Shown: positions 9,501-20,169, numbered from the stretch's first letter. The stretch is DNA of 32,789 nt from Chrysochromulina tobinii (GCA_001275005.1 JWZX01003365.1:1-32789); one strand, 5' to 3'. Made by a program: numbers and translations. The notes: generated by a model not told the origin, from the sequence alone.

Positions 9501-10692
9501 GCTGGACTCGCAACGTGCTGAACGGACGGTCCGCCTCGAGCTTCGCGGCCGCCACATTCGCCGCGTGTGAGATGCTCTTAGCGAGATGATGGACTGCTCG
9601 CGCCGTCATGAGGGCAGTCACCACCTCGTCTGCCCGCCGCAGCCGTCCCGGCTGCTTGTGCGGGTCCGAGCCACAGAGCGGCGCGAGGGCGGGCGCAAGG
9701 ATCGAGGCCAACGGGAGGGTGCTCAGGAAGGTCTCAAGTGCAAAGGGGGCCGCTGCCGCGGCGCTGCCGCCTACCATGCCGCCGGCACTGGCCGCATGGT
9801 GTGCGGACATCATATGAGCAAAGGCGGCGGCCACAGCGGCGGCGCTCTCAGCCTCGGCGGCCTCGGCGGCGGCAGCGGCCTCGGCCACGGCGGCGGCGTC
9901 GCCGCTGTGGAAGGCGACCGTGGCAGCGGCGGCGGCAGCAGCTTGAGCGGCGGCTGTTGCAGTTGTGGCAGAGACGGCGATGGCAGCGGCGGCGGCCGCT
10001 GGTGCAGCGGCGGTGGCAGCAGTGGGCGGTACGCCGCCGCACCCTTCACCATCACATGCCCACGGCACGCCACGGTGCGCTGCGGCGACCACAGCAAGGC
10101 CAGCCGTGGCGCGAGCGCCACTGCTGCCACGCGACGCACTGCTCGAGCACGAGGCACGCCCGCGGGCGGCGGCGCACGTAGCCGCAGCCGCGGCCGCGGC
10201 AGCCGCCCTCGCAGTTCCAGCGGTGAGGGCAGCGGCGGGCGCTGACATCGTCGTACCGCCGGCCGCAGTGGCTGACGGCCTTTGGTGTTGTGCAGAGATT
10301 GGCAAGGCGGCTGCGTTTGTTGAGTCGAATTTTTGGACTCCAGACTCCCACGCGGCCGCAAACCGGCCGGCGCCGGCGGTAACACCGGCGCTACGTGGCC
10401 GCGCAGCACGACGCGCGCTCACTGGCATCGCCATACTCGCGGTGCTCATTGAGCTCGCTGATCCTGATGCAATGGGCGCCGTCGACCCGATGGTCGCACG
10501 AGTGAGCGCCTCCCTCGCGAAACTGCTTGCGACGAACCGGCCAGGCGTGGACACTCCACCACCCAGAGGGTTTGTAGGCGACCGCGTGCCCTTGGGGGTC
10601 GACGGGCTGCTGCCACCGTCGCTGCTTCGAGCGCTGAGAGGTCGTCCGGGACTCAACATATTTTGGTTTGATGGTCTTTTCAGTGCATGCAT
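6598..10692 (-). CDS. Large protein with an Ala-rich region, a HET/TIR-like domain and C-terminal RI-type (NLRC3-like) leucine-rich repeats; intron 7700-7569
   Basis: LRRs such as LTKLTLANNPLRDEGVQAVALAL, LTTLALEGNAIGVDGCKALAAAL and LRHLDVSSNALGPTGG. Central AFSHSW...AFICFLSLPQ...TRLWVLLE motif. The GTGAGC..CCGCAG intron joins two ORFs to give ICGTWSDTYG, matching the later repeat ICGLWSDAYG. Further introns in the Ala-rich part cannot be excluded. Confidence 0.8.
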
Positions 10693-10807
10693 CTTCCACG
10701 TTTTCTTTTCAAGTTTGTATGGAACTATTCGTGGGATCGGAAGTGATCTTCGGTCTCGTAAGTGCCTTGCGGAATTCGGCTTTGACAAAATCCTTTCACG
10801 CCCACAC

Positions 10808-11305
10808 ATGGCTCAAGCCCTCCGAGAGGCCCTCATGCAGTCGTCCTCGGCGCAATCCGCCGAGTACGTCATCGGCGCTGCCTTCTGCTGCTACACCTCA
10901 ATTCTGGACCCACGCGTCAAGACAAACGTCCTCGTCGGCTGCAAGGGCGAGAACGAGGTCACGTGCCTCAAGGCAAAGTTCTGCCTCATCCCCAAGGAAA
11001 AGCACATGGGTGTATCCTTGGCGTTGAAGCCAGATGAGATCTGGAGGAACCGCGGCGGTATGATCGCCTCGCTTGCGCTCTACTGCGTCGAGTTGCAGCT
11101 GAACATGCCGACAACGCTCATTCACTGCTCCAACTCGGCGTGCTGCCTTCGCTCCGCGGCGGCATTTCCGCTCGCCGATCCCGTCGCAAAGCCCGTGTGC
11201 GCCGTCTGCTGCGTCCGGTTTCTACCCGCGCCGATGGGCATCCTGGCGCCGCCGATGAGCGGCAAACCCTTGTTCCCGTTCGCTACTCTCGTCATGCAGA
11301 GGTAG
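10808..11305 (+). CDS. Small Cys-rich hypothetical protein (165 aa)
   Basis: ATG 10808 (MAQALREAL...), GC3-biased codons, many Cys (AFCCY, SACCLR, KPVCAVCCVRFLP). Confidence 0.75.
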   Translation: MAQALREALMQSSSAQSAEYVIGAAFCCYTSILDPRVKTNVLVGCKGENEVTCLKAKFCLIPKEKHMGVSLALKPDEIWRNRGGMIASLALYCVELQLNMPTTLIHCSNSACCLRSAAAFPLADPVAKPVCAVCCVRFLPAPMGILAPPMSGKPLFPFATLVMQR

Positions 11306-11877
11306 CCCGTCGCCGTAGACAGATTGCATGGCACAAGGCGGTGTTTGCAAGGGCCGCAACAACTTCGATGGATGTACCACCCGGGCTGCATTCGCAGCAT
11401 GCGTCGAGGCGAGACCATCCGCCCCTGCGACTGGCCCTCTCTTGACCGTGAGCGAAGAGCCGGTGGTCCGCTGTCCCACGCCCCGCGCGACCGCCTTCTT
11501 CGGCGTATGGGCGAAGCTACAGTACGTGAGCCGCTCATTGGCCTTGAGCTTGCGCCCGTGCCGAAGGCTACCCCGGATTGCGGACGATTACAATTGCTAG
11601 AGTGAAACCTACAACAAGCGAGTACTCAGCTTTTTTCCGTCAAGTCTCAAGAATCAAGATTGTACGCATTCAACATTGAGTCGAATAATACATTACTCTA
11701 CATACACAACTCTCTCTCGTTGTCCGCAAACGACAGTTCCTGCTTCGACGACAACCTCAACGTACCCCAAACCTATACACCTGGAGGCCCCACACCCCTG
11801 GTACGCCCCATGTGCTCTCCCGTGCGCCTATTTTCACACCTCTCTCTGGTCTCGAACAACGGACTCTCCTTCAAAAA

Positions 11878-14262
11878 ATGCCGCAACGTGAGGACAACGA
11901 TGACGAGGAGGCCGAGGGCGAGGAGACGGACGAGGCCGGCGAAGACGAGGCCGGCGAGGACGAGGCCGGCGAAGACGAGGCCGGCGAGGAGGACGAGGGC
12001 GGCGAGGAGGAGGTGGCCGAGGAGGAGGAGGAGGAGGAGGAGGAGGAGCCGGAGCCAGCGCCGACGCTCAAGTCGCCACCCAAAGGGGCGGTGTTCAAAC
12101 GGCATACGAAGCTGCGTGCTCTGCTGCTCTCGAAGTACGACGTCGTGTGGGACACGACGCAGCTGCTCGGCTGGAAGGCGTACGACGCAGAGCACGAGCA
12201 AGGGTGCAAGTACAACATGTGCTGGTCGGACACGTCGGTGGCATTGGAGCGCATCATGCGCATGGGGCGCCTGCAGAAGATCAACCACTTTCCAGGCATG
12301 CTCGAGCTCGTGCGCAAGGCGGGCACCGCGCGCAACCTGAACAAGATGCTCAAGGCATGCGGCAAGGACTACAAATTCTTCCCGAAGACGTTCATGCTGC
12401 CGGCGGACTACACCCAGCTCAAGGCCGAGTGGGCGCCGGGCCAGAACCATGGCAACAAGACCTTCATAGTGAAGCCGTCGGCAGGGTGCCAGGGCAAGGG
12501 CATCTACCTCACGCGGAAGCTCGACGAGATCGACCCGCAAGACAACTCGGTGGTGCAGCGCTACCTGCATCGGCCGCACTTGCTCGAGGGCTACAAGTAC
12601 GACCTTCGGATCTATGTGCTCCTCTCGTCTTTGCAGCCGCTGCGCATCTTCATCTTCCGCGAGGGGCTGGTGCGCGTGTGCACTGAGAAGTACCAGCCCG
12701 TCGAGAAGAACCTCGAGAACGTCCAGATGCACCTGACCAACTACGCGATCAACAAGGACTCGGAGACCTTCGTGCAACCAGAGGGGATGGAAGATCACGA
12801 GCAGGAGGGTGCACATAAGCGCACGATCACCTCGCTGATGAATACTCTGCGGGCGGAGGGACACGATGTCGACCGGCTCTGGAAGGACATAGGCGAGGTG
12901 TGCGTCAAGACGATCATCTCGGTACAGCCCCACCTTGAGCACACATACTTCACGTGTCGTCAGCGCTCGGACGATCCCGGATTTGGATGCTTCGAGCTGC
13001 TCGGCTTTGACATCATGATGGACTACAAGCTGCGCCCGTCGCTGCTCGAGATCAACCACTCGCCCTCGTTCACGTGCGACTCGCCCATGGACACGGCCGT
13101 GAAGACTGCTGTGATCCGCGGTACGATGGAGATGATCTCCTTTTCGCGTGAGGAGTACAAGCTCATCAAGCGCTGCCCGGCGCGCCTCACGCCCGAGCTA
13201 CGCGAGAAGCTCGTGCGCATTCGTGCGGAGTATGAGCTCGCCCACTGCGACAGGCTCGGCTTCGATATCCTGTACGCGGCCGATCGGCCTGACATGGACG
13301 ATCCCGAGGTTGCTGCGCTCATGGCCCACTATGACGGCCTACTCGAAATCGCCGCGCACCTCTATTCCGACATGTCGCTTACCGGCAGCCGGCGCGTGAC
13401 TAAGAATTGCGGCAGCTCGCTCGCAGCGCAGAAGCCAACGCCTGCTGGCGGCTTCCACGCCGATGCCGCCGCCGCCGCCGCCAAGCTCGCCGCCGCCGCC
13501 GCCAAGGGCAGCGCCGCCGCCGCATTCAAGGCTGCCGGCATCTCTGCCAAGTCGAGCGGCGCTGTTCCGGGCGCGGCCGGCGCTGGGCCGAGCCACGCGA
13601 TCGCGCGTAACGCGCGTCCGGCGGCGGGTGGCGGCGCGGCGGTGGCGGCGAGGGCTCGCGAGAGTGTGAGCCACTCGGCACCGCTCACCTCTCCACGTGC
13701 CAACTCGGCCCGTCGCATGCGGGATGCCCCCAAGTCAGCTGGTACGCGCTCGCCCGTGCGCACCGGCCGCGCTGCGTCCGAGGCAGGGTACAGCAGCAGC
13801 AGCAGCCACCACCACCAGCCTGGGAGCGCCGCCAAGGGCGCCACCAAGCCGCATGTCGCCGCCAAGGGCGGCGCAGGTGCCAAGCTCGCCAGCTTGGATG
13901 CGAACGCTCCGATGTTGCCAGCGGGTGGCCCCTTGCTCGATGCGCCCGCAGCGGTGCGAGTGGGTACGCTTCCGCCGGCGGTTCGTGGCGTGGCTGCGCC
14001 GAGCTCGCATCACTTTGGGATACCGCCCGGACAAGGCCACATCTCGTCGTCGGTCTTAGCGCAGCTCGCCAACCTGCAGTCGCTCTCGCCACGCATCCTC
14101 GAGAAGATGAGTGCTGACATGTCGGGACGCTCTGACCGCTCGGCCTCGGGGCTCTCCAACGGCCTGCCCTCGCAGCGATCGGCTGGTAGCAGCAGCACTC
14201 CGTTCCGCGTCTCCTCGTATGGTCACCACTCGCGCTCGCCCCTGAACCCACAGCAGGCCTGA
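11878..14262 (+). CDS. TTLL6: Tubulin polyglutamylase, TTLL6/TTLL13-like
   Basis: TTL-family motifs WSDTSVALERI..QKINHFPGM, FFPKTF, FIVKPSAGCQGKGI, KYDLRIYVL, HLTNYAINK, CFELLGFDIMMD and LLEINHSPSF. Acidic N-terminus and low-complexity C-terminus. The exact paralogue is uncertain. Confidence 0.9.
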   Translation: MPQREDNDDEEAEGEETDEAGEDEAGEDEAGEDEAGEEDEGGEEEVAEEEEEEEEEEPEPAPTLKSPPKGAVFKRHTKLRALLLSKYDVVWDTTQLLGWKAYDAEHEQGCKYNMCWSDTSVALERIMRMGRLQKINHFPGMLELVRKAGTARNLNKMLKACGKDYKFFPKTFMLPADYTQLKAEWAPGQNHGNKTFIVKPSAGCQGKGIYLTRKLDEIDPQDNSVVQRYLHRPHLLEGYKYDLRIYVLLSSLQPLRIFIFREGLVRVCTEKYQPVEKNLENVQMHLTNYAINKDSETFVQPEGMEDHEQEGAHKRTITSLMNTLRAEGHDVDRLWKDIGEVCVKTIISVQPHLEHTYFTCRQRSDDPGFGCFELLGFDIMMDYKLRPSLLEINHSPSFTCDSPMDTAVKTAVIRGTMEMISFSREEYKLIKRCPARLTPELREKLVRIRAEYELAHCDRLGFDILYAADRPDMDDPEVAALMAHYDGLLEIAAHLYSDMSLTGSRRVTKNCGSSLAAQKPTPAGGFHADAAAAAAKLAAAAAKGSAAAAFKAAGISAKSSGAVPGAAGAGPSHAIARNARPAAGGGAAVAARARESVSHSAPLTSPRANSARRMRDAPKSAGTRSPVRTGRAASEAGYSSSSSHHHQPGSAAKGATKPHVAAKGGAGAKLASLDANAPMLPAGGPLLDAPAAVRVGTLPPAVRGVAAPSSHHFGIPPGQGHISSSVLAQLANLQSLSPRILEKMSADMSGRSDRSASGLSNGLPSQRSAGSSSTPFRVSSYGHHSRSPLNPQQA
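11929..12048 (+). repeat. Coding 15-bp tandem repeat (gacgaggccggcgaR x4) followed by a (gag)n tract
   Basis: Directly visible; encodes (DEAGE)4 and poly-Glu. Confidence 0.9.
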
Positions 14263-14991
14263 GTGCAGGGTGTGTCAATCGTGCTTGAATTCAGATGTCG
14301 TACGAGCTGTCGACGTGTCGAGGATGCTTCGTGACCGTCAACGGTGCATGCATGCAGCCATGGTTCGGTGTTGGATGGAGCATGTCCGCGATTGCAATAA
14401 GATTGCAAGTAAATACCCAGGATCCATGGTCCACATGCGGGATGCACCCAATCCCCAATGCACCCCACCCGCGAGCCATGCCCATGCGGGCATTCCGGAT
14501 TGGGGATTGGGCGACGACGCTGGACGTGAATTCGTGATGCGCCGCCTAAGCCCTAACACATGCCCCCTTGAACCGTTGAACTTGAAGTGCTCACAATCGT
14601 ATCTCTCCGCCATCAATGGGAAGCGCGCGGTAAAGAGTCCGCATTGCGCGCATGCCGACGTGGCCCGGTTCATCTGTTCATGGGTACCGCGGTCCGCGCC
14701 GACCGCCGTGCCGCCGCGTTGAATCTAACGGACTAAGCTTTCCGGTTTGCCGCTTTCTCGGCGACGCGCTTTCGCGCCGCGCGCCGCCGGCGCCGCGCCC
14801 CTCCCCCATGCTGTGTGCCCCCCTGTGTGCCTTGCCTTGCCTTGAAAGCACGCTTTGGTGTGTGATCTTCACACACGAGGTTGTCGCGTCTGTCGTGTTA
14901 ACGTTCACTCGAGTTGACGGCAACCTGTTCTCAGCGTCGTCGACGCTCTTCGACAGAATTTGCCACTCATTTGCCCATTACCCTCGGGCGC

Positions 14992-16128
14992 ATGCGTGAT
15001 GAGCGGAGTGTTGGCATGCACGGTCACCGCGCGCGGCACAGCAACTCGGACATTACTCTCGGGCTGATCCTCGTGATGCTCGGGTGCCTATCGTCCTCGT
15101 TCGGCATGGCCATGATGAAGCGCTCATCTGAGGTCGAGTCTGATCTGCCGCTGAGCCGGCGCTACCGATGGCTGGTGGGTTTCGTCTGCTTGCTTGTGAA
15201 TGCGACCGTGCTCGACCTGATTGCCTTCGGGCTGATGCCTCTCTCGCTCATATCACCGTTCACGGGCCTCACGATGGTCTTCTCGCTCTGCATCGCCGCG
15301 TCTGGCCTGGTCTCCACGGCAGAGACCATCAGCCCAGAGCAGCAGCGCGGAGCCTTTCTCGTGCTCTTCGGGCTGACCGTCGCGTCGGTGTGCGGGCCGC
15401 ACGCATCGGGCCGCGGCGCCGACACGCTTCCCTCGATTCTATTGCACTTCATGGCACCCACCTTTCTTGTTTTCTTGTCCGCGTCCGTCGCCATAGTCGG
15501 TGGCTTGCTTTGGGTGCTCCACGCGTCGTCGGCGGCGCCCTACCGGCCGGCGCAGAGCTCGTGGATGCGCACAGGGTTCTCGGCGTACGCGGCGTCGGTG
15601 TGCGGCTCGCTGAGCTTCGTCTTCATCAAGGTGATCTCGATCGCGCTGCACGAGGCCGCCTCGGGTAAACGTCAGCTCGTGGCGCTCTTGCACCCGGCCG
15701 TCGTCGTATCACTGATCGGGCTGGTGGTCTGTGCGCCGCTGCAGCTCCACCTGCTGGACACGACGCTGGCCGCCTCGCCAGTGGCGTATGCGGTGCCCGT
15801 GTACCAAGCGCTCCTCACTCTCCTCTCCACGGGCGCGGGTGGCATCTTCTTTGACGAGTTCCGCCATACGTCCGGCCTCTCGAACCTCGCCTACCTCGTA
15901 GGCGCCCTCACCTCCCTCGGCGGACTCGCCCTCCTCGGCAGCGCCACGCAGCGGCAGCACCCGGCGCGGCACCACGTGGCGGCCGAGGAAGCCGGCTTTG
16001 AAAGATTGCCGTTGGGCCCTCGTCCCTGGGCCGACGATGAGTCGCCCTGCGCGCGATCGCCGTCTTCAACACGAGCGGTGCATGGACGGCAGCTTGGGAA
16101 CGCCTCTCCGGTATTCAATACCAACTGA
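14992..16128 (+). CDS. NIPA-family magnesium transporter (DMT superfamily)
   Basis: About 9 hydrophobic segments; RWLVGFVC..LDLIAFGLMPLSLISPFTGLTMVFS and AVPVYQALLTLLSTGAGGIFFDEF are typical NIPA motifs. Confidence 0.85.
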   Translation: MRDERSVGMHGHRARHSNSDITLGLILVMLGCLSSSFGMAMMKRSSEVESDLPLSRRYRWLVGFVCLLVNATVLDLIAFGLMPLSLISPFTGLTMVFSLCIAASGLVSTAETISPEQQRGAFLVLFGLTVASVCGPHASGRGADTLPSILLHFMAPTFLVFLSASVAIVGGLLWVLHASSAAPYRPAQSSWMRTGFSAYAASVCGSLSFVFIKVISIALHEAASGKRQLVALLHPAVVVSLIGLVVCAPLQLHLLDTTLAASPVAYAVPVYQALLTLLSTGAGGIFFDEFRHTSGLSNLAYLVGALTSLGGLALLGSATQRQHPARHHVAAEEAGFERLPLGPRPWADDESPCARSPSSTRAVHGRQLGNASPVFNTN

Positions 16129-16433
16129 GCTTGCGACGGGCGTGGCCTGTGCGAGTCGCGAGTGTGCGCGGCGCGCGTACGCCGAGGCCGAGTAGAGCTG
16201 CCTCGGATAAGCGGTTCCAGATCCCGTATTGATCTTCAGGCTTAGCGGTAGATAGGCGCATGTATCTCGTCTCGCGCGGTCGTGTAAGCGTGCTTTTGTA
16301 TTGAAGAATCGAAGTCTGTTTATCAGTTTATCACTGATAGTCACAGACTCGCGTCCGGGCGTCCGCCGTCCCGGTCCGCGCGCGCGCCGCGGCGCGGAGA
16401 CTGTTAAAGATCTTTAAGATCAACCTTGCGCAC

Positions 16434-17237
16434 TTAGGCCACAGAGTCGAGCGACTCTGGTAGGAGCCTTGGCACGCTAACGGGGCGGGCGCGCGCATGC
16501 GCACGCGTGGCGTCCAGTGGAGGTCGGGGCGATGAGGGAGGCAATGGTTGCGGAGGCGCCGCTGATTGTGCCCAGCTATCTGGACCCACGCGGGTGTTCT
16601 CTGACCACGGCGGCGCTCGCGTGGTTTGGCTGCCCGCCGAAGTGCCACTGACAGGCGACGCGGCCACTTGCTGTCTCCGGCTGCTTGTCGCCTTCTGCTG
16701 CTTTGCCCTTTGGTGCCTGATCGCCCTCAACTCTTCAAGCGTCCGGACCTTGCCTTCAAGCACGATTCTCGGCTCCTCAACCACGGCGCTGTTTTTAGCG
16801 TACCACCTTCGGAACGCATCCGGATCTTGCACGGCCTCCTTTGACGCAAGCTTAAAGCGACGGGACGAGATCTGGACTTCCTGCCAGAGCTGCGAAATTC
16901 TCGGCCAACGTTCCGAAGTCAAGATATCCACCTTCGTGCTCCCCAATATGCGCTCCATCTCAAGGGCACTTTCGTGGACACCTGCCTCGGCAGCCTTTGC
17001 AATCTTCCGTTCTGTCTTGCGAGCAGCACGGGTCATCGAGCGTGCTGTGTTGGCGACATGATCGCCCGGGTACACCTCTCGACGCGGCATGGCGGCGGCA
17101 CCACCCGGGTACAATTCTCGACGTCTGCCCAGCGAGTTTGGCGGAGGAGAAGGGTCCACGCTGGTACGAGCTATGAAGCGAGGAGAGAGAGGAAGGGCTG
17201 GACGGCCACCTGGTTCGAGCGGGGTCGAGCCGTCCAT
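16434..17237 (-). CDS. Hypothetical protein
   Basis: Open frame with a globular-looking core (ILTSERWPRISQLWQEV...FRRWYAKN). No family recognised. Confidence 0.6.
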   Translation of the reverse strand: MDGSTPLEPGGRPALPLSPRFIARTSVDPSPPPNSLGRRRELYPGGAAAMPRREVYPGDHVANTARSMTRAARKTERKIAKAAEAGVHESALEMERILGSTKVDILTSERWPRISQLWQEVQISSRRFKLASKEAVQDPDAFRRWYAKNSAVVEEPRIVLEGKVRTLEELRAIRHQRAKQQKATSSRRQQVAASPVSGTSAGSQTTRAPPWSENTRVGPDSWAQSAAPPQPLPPSSPRPPLDATRAHARARPVSVPRLLPESLDSVA

Positions 17238-17525
17238 GAGATGGACTGTTTCCTGAACGTGCACGAGTGAGCGTCGTTACTTTTTACTCGGGGAGCCGAG
17301 CCGCAATGCGGCAGTATAGGAGTCTGTCGGGCCCGGTATCGTTATACATACATCACGGCATGTTCGTAGATCCCGAGCCGGCACCAAGCGTTCGGCGCGG
17401 CGCGCGCGCCCGTTTTCAGGGGAGTATGCGCGCTTGGCGGCCGCCGACACGCGGCGCACCCAAATCGCGCCGAAATTCCGAACGAACCACGCACTTGCTG
17501 ACACATCGTCCACGTGCGGACGGGC

Positions 17526-19225
17526 ATGCCACCGGAGTATCTCATTCAGGATCGGCCCAATGAAGGCCACGCTCCGAATCGAAAGGTCGATGAGCTCCGC
17601 AGCTTTGGTATGCCGCAGCGGCAGTGGCCAGATCCACCACCAGAGCCGCCCAAGCCCAAGCCACCACCCGGACCGGCGTCCACTCGTGAACAGATGCGAT
17701 CCGCATACTTTGATCCACCGAGGCAAACCGCGGCCGACCTTCCGGCCGCCGGCAAGGCGACGCGAGCACAGTCGCCGCGGCCAATGAACCGAGCCGCGCA
17801 AACGTCGTCATCCATCTTTGGCGAGCCATCGTACGCCACCCCGCCTCCACCACCTCCGAAGCCCGTCGAGCAGATGCCAACGAGCACGGTAGAGCAGATG
17901 GTCAGTTGCGTATTTGGCACCCCTCGACGGCATGAGCGGCCCCAGACGCCGCGGCGCAATAGCGCCGGCCCGATGAACAGCTTGTCAGCGCAGGGCCTGT
18001 CAACAGTTTTTGGTTCGCCACGTTACACATCGCCTCCACCCCAGTCGCCACGCCGGCCGACAGTGATGGCCAACTCTATGACGGCGCAGGGGCGCTCATC
18101 ATCGCTGCCTGGTACTGACTTCTCCTCGTTTGAGCCCACCAGGGATCCGAAGAAGCCGCCACCTGCGATTCCAACCGACTCGGTGGCTCAGAATGAAAGC
18201 ACCGTCTTTGGCACACCGCGCCGACCAACCCCCGCGCCAGTGGTTTCAAATTTGAGCTCCGGAGGTGGCGGCGCCGTCAAGAGCTATGCTCCAGGCGAGT
18301 TTTTGATGCCAACGCCGCGAGAGGGGGCGCCGACGTCGAAATTCGCGGAAAACATAAGCAGCTCGCTCCCGGCCACGCGCTACCCGCCACCACCTCCCAA
18401 ACCGCCCAAGGAGCCGCCACCGCCAGCAGCGACCAGCGCGGCTGAAAATGGGCGATCATCCTCGCTTCCCGGTACCGACTGGTCAAAGTACGAAGGGGCC
18501 GCCAAGCAGAAGCCCGAGGCCTGGCCGAACGCGCCCGACCCGGGAACTAAGGCCGGGCGCAACGTGTCGAGTGTCTTTGGACCGCCGCAGATAGCGACGC
18601 CGCCGCAGCAGCCGCCCAAGCCCGTGCCGACGATCGCCACCTCAACCGTAGCTCAGCAGCGGTCGTCCGTCTTCGGCTCTCCACGCTACCCGTCGCCGCG
18701 ACCCGTGCAACCCCAAGTACGCTTCGTCGCTGCACATGGATGCCCCCGCGCGCCGCCTCGCCCATCAGGCCACGGCACAAGCCTAAGGACCCGGTGTTGC
18801 TCGGGGCCAATGGCCGGCCGCGCGCCCCCAACAGCAACGCGGAGATGCAGGTGAGCAGCGTCCTCGGCGGTAGCCTGGGTGCAGACACGCAGGCTCTCAT
18901 GCATGAACAGCACAGGGTGAGCAAATCGCTACTCAGGGTGGAGTTTACGGGGCTGCCCCCCGACTGTAACACGAGTCGGCTGCACATGAGCCTCTCCGCG
19001 CTGCCGTTCGACAAGGGCGTCACATGCGACGTGAACAAGGTGCGTGTGCCGTACGACGCGATCAATGGCCGTGGCGTCGGCAGTGGCAGAGCGGAATTCA
19101 AAAGCGTGCCTGATAAGGAGCGGCTGCTCCGCGCGCTCAAGACTGGGCAAGAGAAGGGCTGGCTCAAGGCGACTGGCTGGAAGGTGACGTACGATGACAC
19201 AAAAGTACACACAGTCTCGTGTTGA
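17526..19225 (+). CDS. Pro-rich repeat protein (about 11 SS[VI]FG.PR / SSSLPG units) with a C-terminal RRM-like domain; frame change near 18717-18781
   Basis: Repeats run through ORF 17514-18854 and continue in ORF 18740-19225 (NSNAEMQVSSVLG), followed by LRVEFTGLPPDC...VRVPYDAINGRGVGSGRAEFKS. There is a probable GTACGC donor at 18717; the acceptor is uncertain. Confidence 0.7.
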
Positions 19226-19450
19226 GAAGTCTTGTGACAGAAACACCGTGGTGCCGGAGTTGACGTTATCCGTCTCCAGTCGAACATCCTTGGCTGCGAG
19301 GTGGGCGGAGCATTTCGGATGCGCTTGCATTTGCTTCGCAAGTTTTTCCCACAGCCCTTCGAACAAATTGCTCTTTGTGCACCTCCGTGCGACAGATCGT
19401 CTCAGCTTCGCTTCTTGCACGCGCGCCGCCTCGCCCTTCTCTCAGCCGCC

Positions 19451-20169
19451 ATGCTCGCCAACATGGTTATCGTCGCCACCGGCTACACGCTCTCGATGGG
19501 CGCGGCGCCGCTCATGCACTCTCCGGCTCGCGCGTGCGCCCCGCTCATGGCGGACGTCGTCAGCGAGAACCCGTGGAACGATCCTCGTGAGGGCAAGCCC
19601 TTTGGTGAGGCCGACGGCCCCAACCGGCCGATCGGCAAGGTCCGCGGTGCGGTCGCGTCGTATCAGCCGCGCGGCATCACGGATGCGAGCGTGATCAAGC
19701 CGCAGTACATTGAGACGGACGACGAGCCATGGTAAGCGGGCAGCCACTGCCCACCGAAACCGCTTCTCCTCTGCACGCTCTCTCTGCCCGTCCCCGGCTC
19801 ACCGTGTTCGCGCCGATCGTCTCGCGCCCCGGCAGGCACTCTACTTCGAAGCAGACGGTGGTCGCCACCAAAAAGCTGCTCGAGAAGGCGGACCTGCCCT
19901 TCGTCGCCGCAGAGACTGGCCTCGACAGGGATCTCTCAGCGGTGACGGATGCGAGTGGCGTGAAGGCGGCCATGGACAAGGCCGTCAAGGCGGGCGCGCG
20001 CCCTGGCTGCGCCGCCCTCAAGACGGGCGAACTTCTGGTCACGCTTTTCGCGAAGGACGCGGAGGCGGCGATGAAGAAGCGGCCGGCGGCGCCCAAGAAG
20101 ACCGTGCAGGGCGCGGGCTGGGACGGCGCTGAGCGTGAGCTCGCCAAAGTTCACGACAACTCCGTTTAG
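19451..20169 (+). CDS. Hypothetical, probably plastid-targeted protein; intron 19732-19835
   Basis: Signal/transit-like start MLANMVIVATGYTLSMGAAPLMHSPARACAPLMA. The GTAAGC..CGGCAG phase-2 intron joins ...DDEPW to HSTSKQTVV... in frame. Confidence 0.8.

Noticed and set aside
9965..10807. N-terminal extension of the + strand ORF 9965-11305
   Set aside because: Antisense shadow of the LRR gene; the plausible start is ATG 10808.
11324..11605. Short ORFs downstream of the Cys-rich gene
   Set aside because: No recognisable motif or codon bias; probably 3' UTR.
11773..13059. 428-aa minus-strand ORF and similar long antisense ORFs (e.g. 31500-32339)
   Set aside because: Expected by-products of strong GC3 bias in the sense genes.
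14545..14557. cctaagccctaac, resembling a telomere repeat or telomerase template
   Set aside because: An imperfect single occurrence with no supporting structure; likely chance.
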